DNA of 64,000 nt from Lama glama (lineage: Eukaryota): NCBI GenBank assembly GCA_028534125.1, contig CM052816.1, positions 57,724,001 to 57,788,000 on the forward strand. Reading direction: 5' to 3'. Below are positions 1 through 10,792 of this stretch, piece after piece (the stretch's first letter is position 1; each line of letters starts with the position of its first letter). Both the position numbers and the translations under genes were made by a program. The notes beneath the pieces are model-generated. The model had not been told where the DNA came from and searched no databases. It saw nothing but the letters and a program-made list of their open reading frames with translations.

Positions 1-185
1 ACTGAACCAAACAAGAGCACACACAATGTATGTATATTGGGTTCTCCCCACAATAACTACCTGAGAATTTATTATTGTGCTCATGAGCTAACTAAGGATG
101 TCCCCCAAAAGTCACTTACCATCTAAATAATGTAAAATAGAATTAAACATTTAAAGTTCCATATGGAAACTTTAAAAACAAACCA

Positions 186-310
186 CTCATTCCTCCTTTC
201 ATCTCATAGCAGTTTACTGAGCATCTACTTTGTACCAAGCATCATGCTGGGGACTGGAAACCCAACAGTGAATCAAATAGACCCGATCTCTGCCCTCATA
301 GTCCAGCAGG
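186..310 (-). mobile_element. L2 3' end fragment
   Basis: tttactgagcatctactttgtaccaagcatcatgctggggactgg...tctgccctcatag resembles the reverse complement of the L2 3' end. Confidence 0.7.
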
Positions 311-951
311 AATTGCAAGAGCAGGTTTGCCAGTGTTGACCCAGCACTGACTGACTGTCCCAGTATCTGAGCTTTGGGTTTGACAAATAAGCCCTCTTGT
401 CTCCAGGAGAGTGACCTCTGATATTAGACTAGGGGCAACTCCTCAGCTTCCTACAGGCTGGCTGAAATAGCTCATAAGACCACCCACTCCCCTTTGTCCC
501 CACCCAATCCTCAGTCCCTTTTGTAACCAAAGTCTTGTGTTATGAACATAGGTGCAAAGAGATCTCTGGAATAGGAAAGAGCCATAGAGAAAGGATGGTG
601 GAGTGTTCTTAAACTAGAAGGCTGATCTCTGCACTGAATAAACTCATCCTGGCCTTACCCGCTGGCCTCTTTGATTGGTTCACATTTACTGCTGTGACAA
701 GACAAACTCAGGGTAAATGGGTAAAGTTTTGGTTTTGAGGAGGCCCAGATGCCAGTCACTGTTGACCAAGAGATTCAGCTTGAAAACAGAGATGATGTCA
801 GTTGGCTTCAATCCACTGATCATCACCCCAAGCCCAAGCTCCCCTCTCCCATCTGTTCTTTCTTACCCACCAAGAGCACCACCCAATCCAGTGTTAACAA
901 ACTTTCACAGACACACTCTAAGTCTCCAACAATCTCATGGGGATACCCCAA

Positions 952-1068
952 CCCCCATTACATGGATGAGAAAATCAAACATCCAAATTAACTTGCTCAT
1001 TTTCCCACATCTGCTCACACAAAGCCAGCATTCAAACCCAGATCCTCGGACTCCAAATCAATGCTCTC
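952..1068 (-). mobile_element. MIR fragment
   Basis: cccattacatggatgagaaaatc...attcaaacccagatcctcggactcc resembles the MIR core and head in reverse. Confidence 0.6.
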
Positions 1069-3276
1069 TGCACTCTCCCATAGCTATCTACTTTGACAAT
1101 TTCAGTTCTTTATTTTTGCATATTGTTTCAGCACATCCTGGTGGGGAACTGTCTTCTAACCTGCTGGGTTTCTGGGAGTGGCCACAGATTACTGGCCAGG
1201 GGGAGGGCCTGTGGTTCCCACACTCCCTTCCCTGACCAGATCATCGCTGCCGCCAAGCTTCTCCTGCCTTCTGCAAAGGAGTCCTGCATCTGTCATGGAT
1301 CCCTGTGGAGCACGTTGGTGGCACATATTCAGATTTTCTAGGAGTCTGTTAATATTTTTTTGCAGAGGACTTTCAGCGTTTTAAGTGGACTGATTTTAAG
1401 ATAAATGACGTCCTGAGGAAGGCATCCTTTACCTGCTCTTCCCTTTGACGCTCTCACCACCAACATGGATTTGGTTTTTAGGTGTAGTTCGTTAACCCCC
1501 TAGGGCTCTCCCTGGCACCCTGCGGTCAAATGACAGAGATATTAATAACTAGCAGCAGCTACAGCTGGTTTATGTTTCAAGAAGCTCAGGGGGAAGTAGA
1601 TCTAGTTCTCCTTGACCTCTGTAGGGATTGGCAGTGCTCCTTAAGATATTTATGCAGAAAGGGACTGCCGTTTTACAGGTCTGGGAAAGTGTCCATGGAT
1701 GGATCTCAATGTTTTTTGAAACCTCTTGACTTATTGATTTTACTCTAGAGCAGGCAGACTACTATTTTAGAATGGGGGTATGTACATATACAAGTCAGAA
1801 ACTGGGGGAAAATTTTTATCATATTAAATTAGGGGGAAATTAAATTGTACATAAGTAGCTCCGGATTTGGGGGACATAATTCTGCCATTTATGTTAAAAA
1901 ATACATTGTCTCTGTTCAACAATGTTTCTTTGCTTTGCTAGGTCAGTGGGGACAGAATGAAAATGCAAATGCTGAAAATAAATATTTTGAATTTAGCATT
2001 ATATTAGAAGTGTGTCACTCCTAATATATTGAAATGAGGCAATTATTTAGACTATGTCACAACTAAAAATAAAAATATTAAACAAAGACAATAATAATGT
2101 GCATACACCGAAATACCTTCAGTTTCAAAATTAGTGATAACATTCCTTTCCAAGTAAGTAGCTTTCCGGTATGATACAGCATGTGGTATAAAGATACCAG
2201 ACACCATTAGCCATGCACTTTCAAACAACTTTTTAACAATAAAATGCACAAAAAACCTCAGTAAATTATGCCTTATGTTCTGATAGGTCTCTTTTTAACT
2301 AATTCTCTAGTCAAGCTCTCTAATATGAAGTAGGAATCACTGCCATTTTAAACCATATCAGAATAAAACAGAACCTATTTGCATTTGGATGGGCTCTGCT
2401 GTGGATTGCCATAGTCACTTATAGCCTGGAAGAGTTCTCTCCAGTCTGGGCAGCCTTTTTGCAAATAGCATCTTATCTCCAAAGGGGATATACAAGTAAC
2501 AGTGGCCAAAGTGAAATTCCAGAGAAAGGAGCTCCCATTTTCCTCCTTTATTCCAATAGGACACATTAGCCTTGTCTGAAAGCCAGTTATTTTTAAAGAT
2601 GCAACAAATTCGTGGACCAGGGCCACCCCCTCTATAACCGTATATGAATCTAGGGCTTAGGACCTAATGAACTGCAAGTCAAGAGAGGATCTATTAAACA
2701 CGAAAAATCATCCAAGAGCCTCTGCCCTCTCCATCCTCATCCTGTTCCCTTCATAGCATCAGCACCACTCCCCTCATTTAGACAGTGTCCCCACATCCCT
2801 CCCTGACTCACAAAGCTAGACATTTCATTCTCCTACTGTTCTCATCACTTCCTACAAGTGCCTGGTCCTTGAAGCAGCAGTGGTGGAAGAACTAGAATTT
2901 CAGTAAGAATTTTAGGAAGAAGCAGAGGAAGGACAGGACACAGGGCTGGACCTCCCTTTTTCTGACAGTCAAAGTCCTCAAACCCATGGAAAGAAGATAA
3001 GCCAGGTCTATCTTCTCACTCACATAACACAAAGCAAAGACTAACAGACGTTATGTTTTAGTTCTCTAACACTTTCACACAACAGTTTTAAATAATGCTC
3101 AAATATTCATATAATAAGGGCACATTTTTTTCTCAATTGGATTTTTGTGTATGAATTGATAATCCAATATAAAAAGACCCATTTTGTTTTTAATTGTGCT
3201 ACAGTTCTCAAACCTCTCATAAAGACCCACATGTGATTTGGGAATATCCAGAGACTTATAAAAACTGCATTTGTCT

Positions 3277-3359
3277 TAAAAAGGAAAAAAAAAGCTATAT
3301 TTCAATTTTAAAATATATATTGTAAAATAAGTACATAAATAAATTTTTTAAATGAAAAA
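3277..3359 (+). mobile_element. Very short A-rich retro-insertion flanked by 17-bp direct repeats
   Basis: aaaaactgcatttgtct at 3260-3276 and 3360-3376. The insert contains AATAAA and ends in an A-run. Confidence 0.7.
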
Positions 3360-4668
3360 AAAAACTGCATTTGTCTCATTAGGAACTATAGGAAATCAAC
3401 TGGCCCTCTTAGCCCTAGCACCCTCACCTTTCACCTCTCATTCTGCAGTCATTCCCAGGAGCCAGAGTTAGTCCAGGACCTATCCCAGCCCTGTCTCCAG
3501 TGGCCTGAGGCCAGACCTGATGCCTGGCCGGGCTGACTGGGTCTGTGGGAGCCTCTTCCAAGCAAAGGGGACCAATCTCATTCAAGCTCAGAGAATTTGG
3601 GCAGAAAGGGTCCTCACTGGAAATGTAAAGTCAACCATGTGGCTCTTTCCCACCCGTATTCATGTGAAGAGGACAGAAAACTGGCAAGGAAAAGCGTGAA
3701 AGGAAGCATGGCCTTGGTTTAGACTCTGGCCCCACAGGCTCTCCCAGACAGACCTGACGTGGTCACCAGGACACAGTAACTGGCTCAGCAGGGAAATAGC
3801 AGGTACCACAGGAGTCACCAACAGAGCTTTATTCTGACATCTGCGTGGAGGAGGAGACAAAATGTGCAGTTTTAGAGACTCACAGTGTTGGAATTTTCCT
3901 CCTGAAGTTGCTTCATTTGGAAGATTAGAATGTATACATTGACAGGTTGACTTTGTAACATTGGATTATATGCTTTTCTTAATCACATTGATCTCATCTA
4001 TTTCATATACCCCAGCAACCCCCTTGCTAGGGGTGGATACTCAGAAAGTCTGAGATCTGAACTAAGCAGTAAAGTCCCTTCTCCTGTGTGGCCGTAAGTG
4101 TCCTGATCCCCCAGCAGCAAAGTTCCCTAGACAGGGAGAAGCGGTGGAAATCAGTTCACTCAGAGAAGAAATGACCCTAACAGACATTTATATCATGAAC
4201 TGGCAGTTACAATTCCATCTCAGGCTGAAAAGTCACAGAACGTGTCCCAGTTCTGACTTGTGCACTGAGTAGCTGTGGGACTCAAGCATGCCACTCCTCT
4301 CTGGACCTTGGCACCCTCATCTTAAATGGGGATAATGGCTCAGTAGGTTCTTGGATTTCTTCCCAGTCCAGCCCACTCATACCCAACCCGACCCCAGCTA
4401 TGATTTTGTGACCGTGGATTTACATTGGAGTCCTAGGGCCCCACTCCAGGGGGCCAGTGCTTTCCACATTAGTAACCAGGTTTGCCCGGGGAGGGGGGGT
4501 GGCGAGGTGGTATTTTAAACAGCCCTAGGATAAAATGAGACTCGGTGTTAAACAACTATTACTTTTCATAAATTAGTACTGACATTTAGCCAAAACCCTT
4601 AATGGAAAGGGGGATTTTTAAATTTTTTTTAACAGTAAGTTTTTCTCTTTAAAGGAAAATTGTCAAGG

Positions 4669-6000
4669 ATGCAGAAGGAAATGAAGATGGTCAAAGATGA
4701 GGATGTGCATTTCAGTTTGGGTGTGAAGAGGGCTCCCTCCTTTCCCCACGGCCTGCAGCCAGTGGCTTCCCGAGGAAAAGTTCCCCCAAGACACCCTTTC
4801 CCGGAAGCTCTCCGGGGGCCGTTTTCCCAGTTCAGGTATGAGCCTCCTCCAGGAGACCTAGACGGATTCCCCGGGGTCTTTGAAGGAGGAGGGTCTCGCA
4901 AACGGAAGAGCATGCCCACCAAGATGCCCTATAACCACCCTGCGGAAGAAGCTGCTCTTGCCCTGCACCCAGAGGAGAGCAAGAACCGGGGCCCCCCGGA
5001 CCTCCCCCTGCTCTTCCCGCAGCCACCGCGCCCCAAGTACGACTCCCGGATGATCGACCTGTGCAACGTGGGCTTCCAGTTCTACCGCACCCTGGAGCAC
5101 CTGGGGGGCAAGGCCGTCAAGCAGGAGCCGGTGAAGCCCAGCGCCATGTGGCCCCCGCCGACACCCGCTCCGTTCCTTCCCACGCCCTACCCCTACTACC
5201 CCAAAGTGCCCCCAGGCCTCGTGTTCCCCTTCTTCGTGCCCTCGGCCTCGCCCTTCCCCTTCAGCCGGCACACCTTCCTCCCCAAGCAGCTTCCGGAACC
5301 GCTGCTGCCCCGCAAAGCCGAGCCGCAGGAGAGCGAGGAGACCAAGCAGAAGGTGGAGCGGGTGGACGTGAACGTGCAGATCGACGACAGTTACTACGTG
5401 GACGTGGGCGGCGCGCAGAAGCGCTGGCAGTGCCCCACCTGCGAGAAGTCCTACACCTCCAAGTACAACCTGGTGACCCACATCCTGGGCCACAGTGGCA
5501 TCAAGCCGCACGCGTGCAGCCGCTGCGGGAAGCTCTTCAAACAGCTCAGCCACCTGCACACCCACATGCTGACCCACCAGGGCACGCGGCCCCACAAATG
5601 CCAAGTGTGCCACAAGGCTTTCACCCAGACCAGCCACCTGAAGCGCCACATGATGCAGCACAGCGAGGTGAAGCCGCACAACTGCCGCGTATGCGGCCGG
5701 GGCTTCGCCTACCCCAGCGAGCTCAAGGCCCACGAGGCCAAGCACGCCAGCGGGCGGGAGAACATCTGTGTGGAGTGCGGCCTCGACTTCCCCACCCTGG
5801 CCCAGCTGAAGAGGCACCTCACCACGCACCGGGGCCCCATCCAGTACAACTGCTCCGAGTGCGACAAGACCTTCCAGTACCCGAGCCAGCTGCAGAACCA
5901 CATGATGAAGCACAAGGACATCCGGCCCTACATCTGCTCCGAGTGCGGCATGGAGTTCGTGCAGCCCCACCACCTCAAGCAGCACTCCCTCACCCACAAG
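4669..6000 (+). CDS. ZNF366: ZNF366/DC-SCRIPT first coding exon (444 codons; Pro-rich N-terminus and C2H2 fingers 1-7); exon starts at 4655 with 14 nt of 5'UTR
   Basis: Acceptor ttttctctttaaAG ends at 4654. ATG at 4669 has A at -3. Translation MQKEMKMVKDEDVHF...RKRKSMPTKMPYNHP is the recognisable ZNF366 N-terminus, followed by seven C-x2-C...H-x3-H fingers. Donor AAG|GTAGTG at 6000/6001, phase 0. Confidence 0.97.
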
Positions 6001-6150
6001 GTAGTGCGGGGGCCCCAGAGCGGGCGGGGCTGGCCGGGCCCCGAGGAAGAAAAGCAGAGCCCCGGGGACGAGGGCCCGGCAGGCCTGTGCTGCTCCCCAC
6101 CGCTCACATGGCAGGAGGCTTCCCTTGTCTGCGCCCTGATGTCCTTCCTC
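4980..6150. other. CpG-rich, GC-rich segment over the zinc-finger exon (CpG-island-like)
   Basis: Visible high GC and frequent CG dinucleotides, in contrast to CpG-poor flanks. Confidence 0.7.
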
Positions 6151-7312
6151 GCCTTGAAATGGGGCAGAAGGAGGAGACTAGCCTTTAAGCCCTTTTCCTT
6201 CTAGCCTTCTAGAGTCTGAAGTGGGCCTGGAAGTAAATAATGCAGATGGTTTGGAGAGGGGGTGAGGAAGGATGAAGGGAACAGCCGGTCCTTGTGCTGT
6301 TGCTTCTTAGCCTCTCAGAATCCCTAAAATTCTGTTTCTGGAAACTTCGTCCGTGGCACTAGCATGAGTGTGTCATCAGCCCCTATCTACCCAAACCCAG
6401 CTTTCCTAGGAGATACTAATCAAAGCCTTCTTCTAGAGAATCCTAGAGAATTCTTTTGGTCTTTGTCAGCTGAAGCAGTGTCTACCTTTTGGTTTATTTT
6501 CTCCATCAGCTGCTTCATTTGCAGGTGGCACTGAGGGGAATGAAGCCTGGAGGGCCCAGTAGGGCCTGTGCCTCCCCCATTGACCCTCTGCCTAGTTGGT
6601 TCCAGTGCTCTGTGGTTTATAAGGGGGGCATGAGAGAGCCTTCTCATCCATCGGGTTTGGTTTTATCTTTCCCAAACTCAGGTCTTCAAGGAGAAATATA
6701 CACCCACGGGTCCAAGTTCAGCCCAGTTTGCAACCAAAGCCCTGGAGTCATTCAGGGTGAACTGATACAGGGTCCCAGCACAGTCCTGAAATCTTACTCA
6801 GCTAAGCTTGGTCTGCTTTCAGCTTCCGAGAGGGGAAGTTTGCCCCACTGACCTCTACTCTCACCCCCTTGACCTCAAGTGGTTTTCCTGGCAGGAGAGA
6901 CTTCTAGCAAGCTGGAGTTTCTAAAACATTCTTTCATTCTGAAAGTTCAGTGGAGGGCTTTGCCCAGCCAGGATAACATTTCTTCTCTGGCATTGTGGGT
7001 TTCATCTGATAGGCTAGGGCCTAGCACGGGGCATTTTCCAGCTAGGAGGTGCCTGCCTAGCACAGGAGCCATCAACAAAGAGCCTAAACTGAGAGTCAGC
7101 CACTGGGGAAGCCATATGCTCATTTCAGGGACTCCTCCATGTGTGGAAAAGGAATGAGAGAGATACATTTTAGAACATACGAAAATTCTTTCAGACAGTA
7201 AAAACAAAAAAAAGTCAAAGTGGAGAAAACAGCCTGGTATCTGAAACAGGTCTCATTTGAATTAGAAAGCAAAATGCATTTTACTTAAAAGTATCCGCAA
7301 ACAGTGAGAAGT

Positions 7313-7445
7313 AGTATTTGTTGAGCACTTGCTATGTGCCAGGTGCTCTACTTCTCATGTAATCCTCTTCAGCAACCCAAAGTGCTAGCCGTGGGTATCA
7401 TGACTCAAGTTTTGCAGTTAAAGACGCCAAGGTATGGAGAAGTCA
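7313..7445 (-). mobile_element. MIR fragment
   Basis: tatttgttgagcacttgctatgtgccaggtgct...taatcctc is the MIR tail in reverse. Confidence 0.65.
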
Positions 7446-9136
7446 TCCATAATCTCTGTCTCCAGTATCTCTGCTCTTGAACACCGTCAAGACTTCCCCT
7501 TTCTCCACCCCCTCCTTCCCTTCACCTCAGCAACTCTGCAAGCCCCCTCTCTGTGGTTTCACTGATTCTGTTAAAGACATAGCAGCTTCCTTTGTTCCCA
7601 AAGTTGTGTCCAGGCTCCCATTTACTTGAGTTCTAGGCCAACCCACACATGAATTTTACTTTGGACACAATTCTCTTTAGAGAATTCCAAAAACAGTGAT
7701 AAGTAGGTACTTCTGCTTAGTCCCAGGACAGCTGGCTCGTAGCCACAGACAATCTGGAGAAGAAAGATGCTGAAACAAATTGTAAAGCCCATCAAGAAAA
7801 TAGTTTTCATTAACTTCATAATTTTAAACTCACTGCTTGACTGTGCAACACATTAAAAAATTTGATCTTCTTAGAGCACATTAAAATTTAGATTTATTCA
7901 TTAGCATAACTCCATACTCATCTACAATTATCTAGACTAGACAGTAGTCCAGTTGGAAAGAATCCCCGGGTTCTCATGACCCACCACTTCATCTTGAGAG
8001 AAGGAAGCCTTCACCAGGAAAGGCCACAAGAACTTTCTAAGTTTATGCAGCCAGTAAATGGCTGGACAGAGAAATGAACTCACCCTTTAGTGCCGTGGGC
8101 TCACCTGAATTGAGAAGTGATACTTTCTTACCGTGTCCCAAACTATAGAAATGGATATATAGGCAGAGAGAACCTTGGAAACCCTCCCACCTTAGGCCAC
8201 TATGGACACCAGGTAGTGTGGGTTTTATAGGAAATAGTGGTTAGCTAAACGACTTATTCTAAACCTGTAGTAACCTTAGTTTTAATTCCAGGGTTCTCTA
8301 AGTTTTCCTTCCAACAAATCATTCTGGGTCAAGATCTCTTGCAAAGGCCTTTTTAGGGAAGCACTAGTTAGTCAGGGTTAGGAAGTACTCCACTCACGCC
8401 GAGTCCCTGGAAATGCTTTCAACTGAGGGCATCGATGCTTAAGTACTCAAACACTTCTCCCAAACAGCAAAGCACCTAGAAAAACCTCGTTCTTTCCTGT
8501 TTTCTAATTCGGAAAGCTATCCTCTACCAATTTCTCTATCAGACAGAAGCTGTTTGGAGGAGGCTCCAAAGCCAAATCACACAGAGGCCACTATGGCCTG
8601 TGGGAACCCAGGGGACCGTTTCAAGAGATGATTAACAAGTTGTAATTTTTTAAAGTGTGGATGTGAGTTTTTGTTCTGGGATTTTCAAGTCCATTAATGA
8701 GAACTAAAGAGAACACTGGTTTTCCTATTGGAAATGATATTATCAGTTTAGGAGGTTTTGTTTTTTCATTATCATGAAAGCTGGATTAAAGACTCATTTC
8801 ACATACCAGACCATGGAGCTCTTACCAAAATCCTACTAATCCCTGAGAACTGTTAAGGTGGAACTAACCCCAGCAGCAGCAGGAACAGCAAAGCGATAGC
8901 TTTCTGTTCCTCTAACGGTCTGGCTAGTTTATGGTTTTTAGAAGAAAAAAAAAGATTATGTAATCAACACTTCTTAAGAAAATAATTTAACAAGGCTGTA
9001 GCCACACCATTTGGAACTCAATATCTGTCACTAAGTTCTTTGTGGATTTATGTGGCCGAAGGAAAGTGAAGGCTGCTGTCCTGGGGAAGGCCTGTTCCCT
9101 GCTAATCTCGGCTCTTTTGATCTTGCCTCCCTCCAG

Positions 9137-9328
9137 GGTGTGAAGGAGCACAAATGTGGGATCTGCGGGCGGGAGTTCACGCTGCTGGCCAACATGAAGA
9201 GACACGTGCTGATCCACACCAACATCCGTGCCTACCAGTGTCACCTCTGCTACAAAAGTTTTGTGCAGAAACAAACCCTCAAGGCGCACATGATCGTCCA
9301 CTCGGATGTGAAGCCTTTCAAATGCAAG
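9137..9328 (+). CDS. ZNF366: ZNF366 second coding exon (192 nt; fingers 8, 9 and start of 10)
   Basis: Acceptor cctccctccAG at 9136. GVKEHKCGICGREF...HSDVKPFKCK. Donor AAG|GTGGGC. Phase 0 at both ends. Confidence 0.96.
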
Positions 9329-10626
9329 GTGGGCGGTGGGCCCAGGGAGGAGTGCCATAGGGAGGGCTCAGAGAGCTGTGCAAATGCCAGTGGGAACCTT
9401 CTACTCAGTCTCATCAGAGGGGCCTCTGAGGCTCAGAGTAGGCCTGCAGCCAACCCCAGGCCCATCTGCTGCCCTGTCCCTCTCTCCTCCACTTCTGTGC
9501 TCAGCTGAGCCCTCAGAGCCGCCCTGTTTGTCTTGCTGTGTAATCAGTGCACAGAGCTTGAAGGCAGCTAGAACAGGGAAGGCTGAGGGTGGAGGGCCCC
9601 TTGGGAGAATGAGGTCCTTTAGCCACAAAGGATGAAGGTGATGTGGAGAGCTCCTGTTCTAGAACAAAGCAGTCAGGGGCAGCCCTCTTCCCCTACCAGC
9701 CAATGAGTAGAACACAGAGAGGAGTCAGAGAAGCTTCCAGCCCTGCCCTCCTCCCTTCCCACTGCCCTCCTTCCCTTACCCCTGCCCTCCCGACACTTGG
9801 GCTGACAAGTGTAATTTGAGGGCAGGTCTCCCAAGACTCGCCCCCCAGGTGACCTCAGAAATGTTTGCTTGGGCTGAGGAACAACTGTGAGCATAGTCAG
9901 CTAACACGTTTCCCATTTATTCCTGAATTTCAGGGAGCATCTTCATTGTGATCTCTGTGTCACATTAACTTGGTGGAATTTTTATTTCACCCACTGAGAT
10001 AAAGTGTGAGCTGGAGATTTGTAAGGCCCAAGGTGTGGAGGGTCTAACTCAGAAATACTCCGGCTTCCCAGGCTGGCCCCTTCTCCACAGTTTCCCTTCT
10101 CCACTTCTAAGGTGGGAAGGAATCTTGCTCAGGACTGGGTGGTTTAATTCAAGGAATGGATGGGCAGGCGTGGTCATTGCAGCCATGAGGAGGGTGAGGG
10201 GGAAGCAGAGAGAAGTCCCCACGATCAGATATCATTACAGCCTTTCTGTTTGAAATAGACGTTTTCCCTCTCTCTGTGCTGTGTGTCTGATGGGGATCCC
10301 TGTTTCTGAAGTCCGGTTCCCCGCCTCCAGAGGCTGTTCTTGCCTTAATCCCTCTGCAGCGTGTCCCCCTACTTGAAGGAACCCCCTGTGAAGGGACTTC
10401 TTTCCTGTGCTGGCGACTCCTGGACGGGGTGAGAGGGGTCAGGAGCCAGCGCTTCCCTAGGCCCTTGCAGGCATTCTCCGGAGGTGGGGGAGGGAGGCTT
10501 CTCCCTCCAGCCCTTTTCCTGCCACCCGCTTGTGTTTCCCCTCCTTTCCTTCAGGTTCCCCGCGGTTTGAAAGTCAATTTATGTCCATCTTGAGTCATCT
10601 GAGCTAAAGAGGGAGGAAGCTGCCTG

Positions 10627-10792
10627 CAGGACAGTGTACGCAATTCACAGGGCCTGGTGCAAAATGAAAGCAGGGGCCCCTTGTTCATAATTTTAAGACA
10701 GTGAAAGGAGAGCATTACAACACCCCTGGGGCCCTTCTGAGGTCAAGGCGGCGTAGGACTGCACAGGCCGCACACGCATGAAGCCAGGCCTG
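10627..10792 (-). mobile_element. Full-length MER45A-like non-autonomous hAT (Tip100) element with 8-bp TSD
   Basis: Termini CAGG...CCTG. Internal gcaaaatgaaa.caggggccccttgttca and gactgcacaggccgcacacgcatgaagcc. Flanks gctgcctg (10619-10626) and gctgcgtg (10793-10800). Confidence 0.85.

Noticed and set aside
717..1235. 172-aa ORF
   Set aside because: Runs through a MIR fragment, has no recognisable domain, and lies in presumed intron 1.
4660..4668. ORF-track start at 4660
   Set aside because: It is a TTG. The real start is ATG 4669, with Kozak -3 A and the known MQKEMK N-terminus.
4858..5997. 379-aa antisense ORF over the zinc-finger exon
   Set aside because: It is codon-aligned with ZNF366. 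Antisense stops need sense TTA/CTA/TCA codons, which this GC3-rich exon avoids, and it ends exactly at a CTA codon (4858). It starts at GTG and has no recognisable domain.
6001..6204. C-terminal extension of the 514-aa ORF (VVRGPQSGRG...)
   Set aside because: Intronic read-through past the GT donor at 6001. The finger array continues in phase at 9137.
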